50,520 nt of DNA from an uncultured Clostridiaceae bacterium (GTDB taxonomy: Bacteria; Bacillota; Clostridia; TANB77; CAG-508): contig CATXTS010000002.1 of NCBI GenBank assembly GCA_958402495.1, positions 1 to 50,520 on the forward strand, in the 5' to 3' direction. The first letter of the stretch is position 1; every line of letters starts with the position of its first letter. The translations under genes and the position numbers were made by a program. Positions 18,327 through 25,705 of the stretch are shown piece by piece. The notes under the pieces are model-generated. The model worked only from the letters and a program-made list of their open reading frames with translations, did not search any database and had not been told where the DNA came from.

Positions 18327-18635
18327 TTAACACATTCTAATATCAAATTTATTGCGTCTGAAAATCCGTATTTTATAGAATTTTTCATTTTCATAAAATC
18401 CAATAATATTTATTTTGTCAATATAACTGTCTAAACTATTTCTGACACCTTCTAATTCTTCTTGTGTATGTGGCAAATCTTCTATTATGCAAAATAGCTT
18501 TTCATAACTATCATTATCCTTAGTTAAAGTTGCAATCCTTTCCTTGTCCTTTTCCGTTAAAGAATATAAATTCTCTTCTCTACATTCAAATAGTGTGTTT
18601 AAAACAGTTTCTTTTTTTACTTTTTCCTCTGACAT
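18327..18635 (-). CDS. Hypothetical protein (102 aa)
   Basis: ORF with a GGAGGTAG RBS 5 nt before ATG 18635. No motif recognised. Confidence 0.5.
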   Translation of the reverse strand: MSEEKVKKETVLNTLFECREENLYSLTEKDKERIATLTKDNDSYEKLFCIIEDLPHTQEELEGVRNSLDSYIDKINIIGFYENEKFYKIRIFRRNKFDIRMC

Positions 18636-18719
18636 ATTTACTACCTCCAATATTAATTTGATAGTAGTATAACGTGCTCAATTCAATTTGTCAGCCTATT
18701 TTTATGATTTTTTAAATAT

Positions 18720-19604
18720 TTAATTTTGTGCAAGTGATAATTTAATTTGATTATTAGAAAAGATAGATTTTTCTATAATTTCTATAGCCTTAATTGCATC
18801 ATTAAAACTTACATTTTTTGCATACTCATGTTTTTGAGAATAATCTAGCCATAATCTATTTAAAAACGGATTATTCTTTAATGTTTTGATTGTTTCTTTT
18901 ATATTTCGCAGTTCAATTATACTATTTCTAGCCGAAAAAGTTCTAATAATAGCTTCTGATAAAATTTCTTTATCTATGCTATTCCATTTATAATTAATGA
19001 AAAAGTACAAATCGTAGTAATCTTTCATTCTGCTATTTGTTACTTTTCTTTCTAATATTGATTGTAACTTTTCAGCAATAATTGTTTCTTGATTATAAGA
19101 TAAAATGTCTATGTATGAATTATCAAATAATTTTTTATATTTATATTCAATAGCTCTAGGAGTAATAACATCTCCAGTTGATACATCCATATGAAATTGT
19201 ACTTTTATATTTTCATACGTAGCAATTATTTTAAATTGATAACCACCATAATATTCTTCTTGTTTTATATCTTCAACTTTCTCTATTTTAAATGTCACAC
19301 TATCTCCAATATCCATATTTAAAACTTCTTTAAGTATTTTAGATAATTCTTCTTTGTCTAAATTAATTCCAGTTACATTTGTATCAATATCCATTGTTGT
19401 TCTTAAATTAATTCCCATAATAGAAGATAGTAATAAACCACCTTTTATAATAAAATTTTCTTTATATTTAGATTTAGATAATCTTTCTAATATTCTTTCA
19501 AACATATAATTTTGTAGTACTTGCTGAATTGAAATGTTATTTTCTTTTGCTATATTTTTAGCTTGGTCTTTTAAAGACTTTGCATTTTTTATCATATAAT
19601 CCAC
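18720..19604 (-). CDS. abiEii: AbiEii/AbiGii-family nucleotidyltransferase toxin (type IV TA / abortive infection)
   Basis: 294 aa. N-terminus is typical of DUF1814 (NYMFERILERLSKS...FIIKGG...RTTMDIDT). Overlaps the upstream AbiEi-like gene by 13 nt. Confidence 0.8.
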   Translation of the reverse strand: MDYMIKNAKSLKDQAKNIAKENNISIQQVLQNYMFERILERLSKSKYKENFIIKGGLLLSSIMGINLRTTMDIDTNVTGINLDKEELSKILKEVLNMDIGDSVTFKIEKVEDIKQEEYYGGYQFKIIATYENIKVQFHMDVSTGDVITPRAIEYKYKKLFDNSYIDILSYNQETIIAEKLQSILERKVTNSRMKDYYDLYFFINYKWNSIDKEILSEAIIRTFSARNSIIELRNIKETIKTLKNNPFLNRLWLDYSQKHEYAKNVSFNDAIKAIEIIEKSIFSNNQIKLSLAQN

Positions 19605-20179
19605 TCCATTACCGTTTCTAATTGTTTAGTACATTTTAACTTTTCAGCATATTTATATATTTTATTTATATCTACTTTATTGCTTGTAATAATGTTTCTG
19701 ATAAATTTATTGCTTTGTTCCTTATCTATGCCAGTGTTTCGCCCTTTAATAATATCGCATATCGTTCTTTCAATATTGTAAGCTTTCACATTAAATCCAT
19801 GTGGAGTTTTTACTGTAATAGCTCCCATATTAAGTAGTTCTTTTTTTATATAATGAACTCTAATATTAGATGGAAATCTTTGTTTATTATATCCACTATA
19901 TACTGTTACATCTATTTTATCGGGAGTTCTTTCAGTTTCTCCCAAAAAGTAGATTGCTGTATTGTAAGAAAAAATAGCATTACTATTTTTCATCTGAAAT
20001 ATATAGAATTCATCTTCTATCATGTCACTTGCCATATAGATTCCTTTTTGTACTTTTTCAATAATACCACTTTCTACAAATTGTTTTATATGTACTCTAG
20101 GAATACCGATTTCTTCAATTTGCTTTGTTCTAATTATTCCATTATTTTGTTCTAGAAGTTTTTTTATTTTTTCTTCCAT
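19592..20179 (-). CDS. abiEi: AbiEi-family antitoxin / transcriptional regulator
   Basis: 195 aa. N-terminal winged-helix NNGIIRTKQIEEIGIPRVHIKQFVESGIIEKVQKGIY is typical of AbiEi_4. Paired with AbiEii. Confidence 0.8.
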   Translation of the reverse strand: MEEKIKKLLEQNNGIIRTKQIEEIGIPRVHIKQFVESGIIEKVQKGIYMASDMIEDEFYIFQMKNSNAIFSYNTAIYFLGETERTPDKIDVTVYSGYNKQRFPSNIRVHYIKKELLNMGAITVKTPHGFNVKAYNIERTICDIIKGRNTGIDKEQSNKFIRNIITSNKVDINKIYKYAEKLKCTKQLETVMEWII

Positions 20180-20246
20180 AATCTCACCTCTTTACAATAG
20201 TACTTATATTATATCATTTTTAAGTATTATTGTAAAGTAGACATTA

Positions 20247-20729
20247 TTATTTCTTTTGATTTGCGTACTGTAATCTTTCAGTTACAAATTTTAATTGCTT
20301 CCTGTACGATAAGATAAATAGAACTGTTAATGCTAAAAATAATAAACTAATTTTATAGAATATGTTATTTATAAAACTATAATATATCTCTAATATTGTT
20401 AAACATAAAAATACTGATATATAAGTCCTATACTGATTTGCTTCTCTTTGTAATAATTCAACTTTATTATCTGTTTTACTACAATTTATGTATTGACTAT
20501 ATTTTACACAAGTTATTATTTTAAATTTTTCTAATATTGGTTTTATTATTATAGATCCTACCCTACTTAATACTAAACCAATAAAGTAATACTCAATGAT
20601 GGCTATTATTATATTATCATTAAAAAAGTTGTTTTGCATGATTTCTGTGAATATTGTTCCAAATATGATTCCAGGTAATAGATAGTTTATAAAATGATAA
20701 ACTTCCATTTTCTCAATTATTTTTTCCAT
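20247..20729 (-). CDS. Small integral membrane protein (about 4 TM), third gene of the MBL operon
   Basis: 160 aa. Hydrophobic segments: FINYLLPGIIFGTIF, IIIAIIEYYFIGLVL, YISVFLCLTILEIYY, ISLLFLALTVLFILS. Overlaps the upstream gene by 17 nt. Confidence 0.6.
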   Translation of the reverse strand: MEKIIEKMEVYHFINYLLPGIIFGTIFTEIMQNNFFNDNIIIAIIEYYFIGLVLSRVGSIIIKPILEKFKIITCVKYSQYINCSKTDNKVELLQREANQYRTYISVFLCLTILEIYYSFINNIFYKISLLFLALTVLFILSYRKQLKFVTERLQYANQKK

Positions 20730-21186
20730 TTATTTTCATCCTTTCGAGAGAATTATCTAGCATTGTATATATATCTTCTTTTCTATTTCTATATAACATA
20801 ATTTCTTCATCTGTAATATCAAAACCAAATCCAATTTCTTTTCCTTTACAATAATTTACTTTTGTAGAATTGTTAGGAAGATAAATGTTCTTATCATGTA
20901 TATTTTTTAGTTGTTTAATTTTTTTAGTATTACATGAAATAATAATAATATCTTTTTCTGGCAATGTAACTATATTTTGTATAATATAGTTACTAGTTAA
21001 AGGATCATGACCAATTATCATTAAAATATTGGGTTGATGAGTGGGAATACTATTTAATACAGTTATATCTCTATCAGAATTTTTGTTATCTTTTAGAGTA
21101 TATATATGAAACAGTTCATATATATACTCTATTCTAGCAATAACTTCTTCGTTAGATACATTATTTTTACAAATTAAATATCTCAT
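20713..21186 (-). CDS. Hypothetical cytoplasmic protein (157 aa), middle gene of the MBL operon
   Basis: The ORF overlaps the MBL gene stop by 4 nt (ATGA). No motif recognised. Confidence 0.6.
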   Translation of the reverse strand: MRYLICKNNVSNEEVIARIEYIYELFHIYTLKDNKNSDRDITVLNSIPTHQPNILMIIGHDPLTSNYIIQNIVTLPEKDIIIISCNTKKIKQLKNIHDKNIYLPNNSTKVNYCKGKEIGFGFDITDEEIMLYRNRKEDIYTMLDNSLERMKINGKNN

Positions 21187-22049
21187 ATTCCTAGATTTCC
21201 TGTAACTGTTCTATTTTGTGAAATTATGTTTTCATCTAATGTTAATAGTCCTTTTTCTTTAGTATTCATTACCCTATAACCTTTTGTATTTAGTTTGTCT
21301 GATCCTCCATTTGAATTGCCAGTATTATCTGAAATTATATATTGCTTATCTAAATCTTTCTTAGTTTCATTAAATATCCTTTCACCTATATCTGCATTTC
21401 CATGATGAGGCAATTGTATTATTTTAAAATCCCCTAAATTCTCTGTCATTACAGATTCGAATGATGAATCTCCTGTTAGTAATATTTTTTTATTATCCAA
21501 TGTAATTTCTAAATGAATGCTTGTTGCATTTGTAATTGTTGAACTATCTATAGTATCTCCTTCTGTAGAATCTAATCCTTTTGCTGCCGCATCTAATATA
21601 TAATCCTTACCTGGTCCTGATATTTTAATTCCATCTGATATTTCTATATGTTCAAAAGCATCCTTTAAATTATTTCCAGATAATTGAGCTATGTTGTCAT
21701 ATGTATCTAATAGTTGTCTTTTTAAAGATTCTCTATTTTTCCTTCCATCATCAATAATATCCAAAAGTTTATCTACATATTTTAATAGCAATACAGTAGT
21801 TATTTCTGATGTTTTACCTTTTTCTACTAGTATAGGAATCCCCTTAAAATGATCATCGTCATTGTGTGATAATATTACTTTTACATTTGAATAATTGTGT
21901 TCTTTCATATAGCTAATTACCCAATTGGCATAATCTTCACATCCACAATCATATATTACTAGCTCTTTATTGTTATCTATTACAAAGCAATCTCCATTAT
22001 TTTTACTCTCATCTTCACATTCTTGCGAACTTAAAACATAAATTTTCAT
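21183..22049 (-). CDS. Metallo-beta-lactamase-fold hydrolase (ComEC/Rec2-like subtype; possible nuclease)
   Basis: 288 aa. Contains VILSHNDDDHFKG (H-x-D-x-D-H variant of HxHxDH), LLTGDS and QLPHHGN. Confidence 0.8.
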   Translation of the reverse strand: MKIYVLSSQECEDESKNNGDCFVIDNNKELVIYDCGCEDYANWVISYMKEHNYSNVKVILSHNDDDHFKGIPILVEKGKTSEITTVLLLKYVDKLLDIIDDGRKNRESLKRQLLDTYDNIAQLSGNNLKDAFEHIEISDGIKISGPGKDYILDAAAKGLDSTEGDTIDSSTITNATSIHLEITLDNKKILLTGDSSFESVMTENLGDFKIIQLPHHGNADIGERIFNETKKDLDKQYIISDNTGNSNGGSDKLNTKGYRVMNTKEKGLLTLDENIISQNRTVTGNLGI

Positions 22050-22077
22050 TCAAATTCTTCCTTTCTCTTAAAAACTT

Positions 22078-22115
22078 AAAAAAAATTGGTTTAAAACATA
22101 TTTGTTTTAGACCAA
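22078..22115 (-). terminator. Terminator-like hairpin plus U8, only about 29 nt upstream of the MBL start codon
   Basis: Minus strand: TTGGTCTAAAAC-AAATAT-GTTTTAAACCAA (11 of 12 bp paired), followed by TTTTTTTT. Confidence 0.5.
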
Positions 22116-22215
22116 CTATTCTAGTTTTTCAATTTTTGTTTTTAAAAACATATTGGTCTCCTTTCTAGAAACCAATACAAAAGTTCGCTACTTTACAAAT
22201 GTAACTATTTGTTCT

Positions 22216-22259
22216 ATAATAAGTATGTATAAATTCTTGGCGGAATTCATACTTATTAT
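22216..22259. promoter_or_regulatory. Long composite stem-loop in the ATPase-MBL spacer
   Basis: Perfect 12-bp arms: ATAATAAGTATG (22216-22227) pairs with CATACTTATTAT (22248-22259). An inner AATTC/GAATT stem is nested inside. Confidence 0.4.
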
Positions 22260-22308
22260 GAGCCATCTTTTGTATGGTTCTTTTTTTGTTTCTTTAACGA
22301 CTAACTTT

Positions 22309-23628
22309 TTAAAAGTCATTTAAATTATTTTTAAAGTTGCTTAAAAATAAATCTATTTGCTCTCTATCTGGGTGGCATGAAATTTTTCTATGTTTATATA
22401 GATTAGATACAGATGCATCTCCTTTTACTCTATTACCATCAATTTGCAAATTAATTAATTTATTAACTTGAATATTATCACTCTCACAGTCTATTATAAA
22501 TATTGTATCTTGTTTAAAAATTTTTTTATTATTTTGATTTACAATATCAAAGATTTCAGGGCTTAATGTAGTAAAAATAATTTGTGCATTTTGATTTGGC
22601 ATTTCACTAAATAATTTTATAATTAGTTCCACTAAATCCTTATGTAAGTTTTGTTCTATTTCATCTATTGCTAATACACCATTTTTATCTATTATTTCAT
22701 TTACATATCTTATTAAATTTAAAAATCTTTCTGTTCCTGTTGATAACATATTTCTAGTAATTTTACTTCCATCCTTTAGTATAAACACTAACTCTTCATA
22801 TTTACTATCAGTATCTATCATAACATCTTTTATTTTAGGATCTACAACTCTTACTAATGTTCTTAAAGAATCAGGAGATTTTTTAAACCAATCTATATAT
22901 TTTAGTTCTTTATAATTATAATCTTCACTTGTGTCAATAGTTGCAGAGTTCTTTATATAATGCTTGACAAATGTTTTACAATAATTATATTTCTCCTCTA
23001 ATTCACTTTTTCTGTCTATATCTATATCTGTTATATTTTTAAAATATCTATTAATATAATATACTTGTCCTTCTTTGGCATCATCTATTGCAATAATAGG
23101 AGTTGGCTTTTCCTTATATTTTTTTCTAAAACCTAAATATTCATTTTTTATTTTTTTACTTATACCGTTAAAAAATATTTTATATGTATAGTATCCAGTC
23201 AATTCTTTTGTTTCAGCTACTATATACATTTCTATTTCTAATTTTGTATCTTCATTTTTTCTTCTAAGGTTTTGAACTGTAATATTAGTTCCAGCATTTA
23301 TACTATCAAGCATTTCTATAATTTTTTTTCTATCATCAAAATTATTATCTTTTTCTAGTAATTCTTTTATGCTGTCCATCTTGTCATTTATATCAAATTG
23401 TATTATAGGTGATACTAAAAGCTGTCCAATCATATTTATTGCCCTTAATATGCTTGTCTTTCCACTAGCATTTCCTCCTATTATACCTATTAGCTTATTA
23501 ATATAAATTCCTTCTTCTATTTTTATTACAGAATTCAATGTATCTTTATTTCTACTTTGGGAAATAAAATCAAGCATTATTGGTTCTGATATACCTAAAA
23601 AATTATCAATAAAAATTTTAGTAAACAT
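22309..23628 (-). CDS. ABC/SMC-like AAA ATPase (AAA_15/AAA_21 type) typical of defence systems
   Basis: 439 aa. Walker A GGNASGKTS, signature-like LSTGTERF, Walker B VLAIDEIEQNLH. Confidence 0.85.
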   Translation of the reverse strand: MFTKIFIDNFLGISEPIMLDFISQSRNKDTLNSVIKIEEGIYINKLIGIIGGNASGKTSILRAINMIGQLLVSPIIQFDINDKMDSIKELLEKDNNFDDRKKIIEMLDSINAGTNITVQNLRRKNEDTKLEIEMYIVAETKELTGYYTYKIFFNGISKKIKNEYLGFRKKYKEKPTPIIAIDDAKEGQVYYINRYFKNITDIDIDRKSELEEKYNYCKTFVKHYIKNSATIDTSEDYNYKELKYIDWFKKSPDSLRTLVRVVDPKIKDVMIDTDSKYEELVFILKDGSKITRNMLSTGTERFLNLIRYVNEIIDKNGVLAIDEIEQNLHKDLVELIIKLFSEMPNQNAQIIFTTLSPEIFDIVNQNNKKIFKQDTIFIIDCESDNIQVNKLINLQIDGNRVKGDASVSNLYKHRKISCHPDREQIDLFLSNFKNNLNDF

Positions 23629-23652
23629 ACAATTACTCCTTCTAATGCCTAT

Positions 23653-23682
23653 ACTATATCATATTTTTTTATAGCATGTCAA
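23653..23682 (-). promoter_or_regulatory. Putative promoter of the ATPase gene
   Basis: Minus strand: TTGACA (23682-23677), 18 nt, TATAGT (23658-23653). It lies 25 nt upstream of the ATG region. Confidence 0.5.
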
Positions 23683-23683
23683 T

Positions 23684-23730
23684 AGTTATTACGATTTTTC
23701 TAATAAGCTATTAGAAAAATCGTAATAACT
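23684..23730. repeat. Perfect 22-bp inverted repeat (3-nt spacer) abutting the ATPase -35 box
   Basis: AGTTATTACGATTTTTCTAATA-AGC-TATTAGAAAAATCGTAATAACT. Partial arm copies (TTATTAGAAAAA, ATCGTATTAGAAAAC) occur at ~23779-23814. Confidence 0.85.
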
Positions 23731-23881
23731 GTTTAACAATACACTTATATTATGCTATTTTTTATAATATTTATTGTGTTATTAGAAAAACATAGATTAA
23801 TCGTATTAGAAAACATCATAAGGCTAGGCTTTTTCTATGTATATCTCTGTAAATTGTGCAAAAACTTTCTGCACAATTTAA

Positions 23882-24550
23882 TTATTGTATGTATTTCCAT
23901 AAATATTTATCTGTTCTTAATAGTTTTGATTCAAACTTTGTTAAAAATACATCATAAGGATAACCAGCTTCAATATATTTTTCTGTAAGTTCCATTTTAT
24001 ATTCTTCTAATAGTTCTAAATATTTTTGTTTAAAGCAATTTTTACAAAGCCATTCTATACCTTCTTTAGATATTTTTGCTTTTCCATTTTCATAATATTT
24101 ATAACGACTATCTGTCGCTTTATTCATCTTTATAATATTATTTTTTATAGTGCCAGAAACTTTGTTAAAATAATTTGGTAATTCATATACAAACATATCA
24201 TTATTCCAAAATTTTTTCGGAGTAACTTTTAATAGTTCTTCATATTGTTCTATTCTCATAGTAAAGAAATCTATATCAGCATCTATCATGTTTTTTTCTG
24301 TTTGGAAATAAACATCAGTTAGCCAATAAAATCCTTCAGCTAAAATATAATTTGTTCTGTCAATTAATTTATTCTGTTTCCATCTACAAGTTGAATGTTT
24401 CTTGATTATAAATTGAACTGCTCTTTGTAAATCTATATATGTTATTTCTTTACCAGTTTTAGTTTTTAATTCTAATAATTTTAATTTGTTTAAAGCACTA
24501 TCATAAGACATAAAAATTTTTTCTGTTTCTTTTACTGAATCAGTAATCAT
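23882..24550 (-). CDS. Hypothetical protein (222 aa), island maintenance or regulatory region
   Basis: ORF with AAGGAGGTAATA before the ATG. No motif recognised. Confidence 0.6.
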   Translation of the reverse strand: MITDSVKETEKIFMSYDSALNKLKLLELKTKTGKEITYIDLQRAVQFIIKKHSTCRWKQNKLIDRTNYILAEGFYWLTDVYFQTEKNMIDADIDFFTMRIEQYEELLKVTPKKFWNNDMFVYELPNYFNKVSGTIKNNIIKMNKATDSRYKYYENGKAKISKEGIEWLCKNCFKQKYLELLEEYKMELTEKYIEAGYPYDVFLTKFESKLLRTDKYLWKYIQ

Positions 24551-24572
24551 TATTACCTCCTTAATATTTAAG

Positions 24573-24713
24573 TTTTAATGTTTGCAAAGCTCAACATTAA
24601 AAGTTTATAGCAAAATTTATTTTGCTCGAATGTTAAGGCATTTTTTTACGCTTTAACATTCGCAAGAATGGTGTTTTGACACCTGTAATCGCTTGTTAGG
24701 GAAAAATCCCTAA
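24573..24713. promoter_or_regulatory. Cluster of at least 5 consecutive stem-loops, including two inverted-repeat pairs built on TTAACATT
   Basis: Paired segments: 24573-24582 with 24593-24602 (10 bp); 24609-24615 with 24620-24626 (7 bp); 24627-24639 with 24650-24662 (13 bp, one G-T); 24670-24674 with 24679-24683; 24696-24701 with 24708-24713. Confidence 0.45.
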
Positions 24714-24897
24714 AACCCTTTTTGCTCTCCGAGGGAATATTTTTTTATCAATATTTTTAAAAAACTTCTCAAAAATTTATTTTTTATATTGAAAATTCTC
24801 TAACTTTTTTATTTGCGTGTGTGTTATTATTTATTATTTTTCTTTATTATTATTTGTGTAAATTTTTTTAACATACTGTACTTAATATTTTCAATAC

Positions 24898-25248
24898 CTA
24901 GATGTTCAAATTATCGACTACTGAATTTTTCAATACTTTCATTAGATTTATTTCATTAATTTTGTAATAAGTTTTAGGAGGAATATCTATATATTTTATT
25001 TCTAAAATACTAGCACTTGCTAATATATTTGTTGCATTTCTTTGTTTATATGGTGTTAATTTCGTACTACTTTCTATGCTATCTTTTGTTGCAAAAAAGA
25101 AACCATTTTTTAACTGATTTCTTTTCTTAAAATAATTATATCTACCATATAATTCTCCTAACATAATAGCAGAATTGATTCCAAATTTATTTATAATATT
25201 TCTATTTGCAATAATAAAATTTGATTGAATTATATTTGTATTTTCCAT
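24898..25248 (-). CDS. Hypothetical small protein (116 aa), possibly winged-helix DNA-binding
   Basis: First ORF inside the right end of the island. No firm motif. Confidence 0.5.
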   Translation of the reverse strand: MENTNIIQSNFIIANRNIINKFGINSAIMLGELYGRYNYFKKRNQLKNGFFFATKDSIESSTKLTPYKQRNATNILASASILEIKYIDIPPKTYYKINEINLMKVLKNSVVDNLNI

Positions 25249-25343
25249 TGCTTAAACACTCCTTTATTACCTTTCTAAGCACTATATTTGGGCTATTTAT
25301 TTTTTTCCCTGGACATAAAAAATATTTCCCCTTAACTTTCAAG

Positions 25344-25358
25344 ATAAATATTGATATT
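25344..25358 (+). repeat. 15-mer ATAAATATTGATATT, copy 2
   Basis: Exact direct copy of 13947-13961. It is flanked by two AAAAATATTT(T)CCCCTTA repeats (~25317-25334 and ~25377-25395). Confidence 0.7.
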
Positions 25359-25490
25359 AAGTTTTTCCCCCGAAGTGAAAAATATTTTCCCCTTATTTCC
25401 CCTTAAATGAGAAATTTTAATAAACTATTTTTATTTTTCTTAAATTTTTTTAATTCATTGTAAATACTTTACAAAAACTTGTAACTTAGT

Positions 25491-25505
25491 AATATCAATA
25501 TTTAT
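25491..25505 (-). repeat. 15-mer ATAAATATTGATATT, copy 3 (inverted)
   Basis: AATATCAATATTTAT is the exact reverse complement of the 15-mer. It lies 55 nt from attR. Confidence 0.7.
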
Positions 25506-25559
25506 ATGGTATAATGTTAGAAAATAAAATGTTTCAAAAGATGGAAATTTTTAATTGGC

Positions 25560-25611
<52 letters not shown>

Positions 25612-25640
25612 AAAATTTTATTAATATATGAAATAGAAAT

Positions 25641-25676
25641 AAAAAAGGAACAGTCAAATTTCGACTGTTCCTTTTG
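25641..25676. terminator. Bidirectional hairpin terminator (copy 1 of a repeated hairpin)
   Basis: A5-AGGAACAGTC-AAATTTC-GACTGTTCCT-TTT. A near-identical sequence recurs at 28906-28939. Confidence 0.65.
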
Positions 25677-25705
25677 GTAAATACAAAGTCGTTATTAGAA
25701 AACGA

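Noticed and set aside
23752-23988. Short ORFs in intergenic repeat regions (23752-23988, 25221-25406, 33707-34015).
   Set aside because: They lie across palindromes, arm-site repeats or promoter modules. Their translations are Phe/Leu/Ile-rich as expected from AT-rich DNA, they lack an RBS, and they overlap better-supported genes or regulatory repeats.
13929-25559. The island considered as a prophage, or the 11.6-kb interruption considered as a tRNA intron.
   Set aside because: There are no capsid, tail, portal, terminase or lysis genes. The 14-bp direct repeats together with integrase and Xis indicate site-specific integration. The size and gene content exclude an intron.
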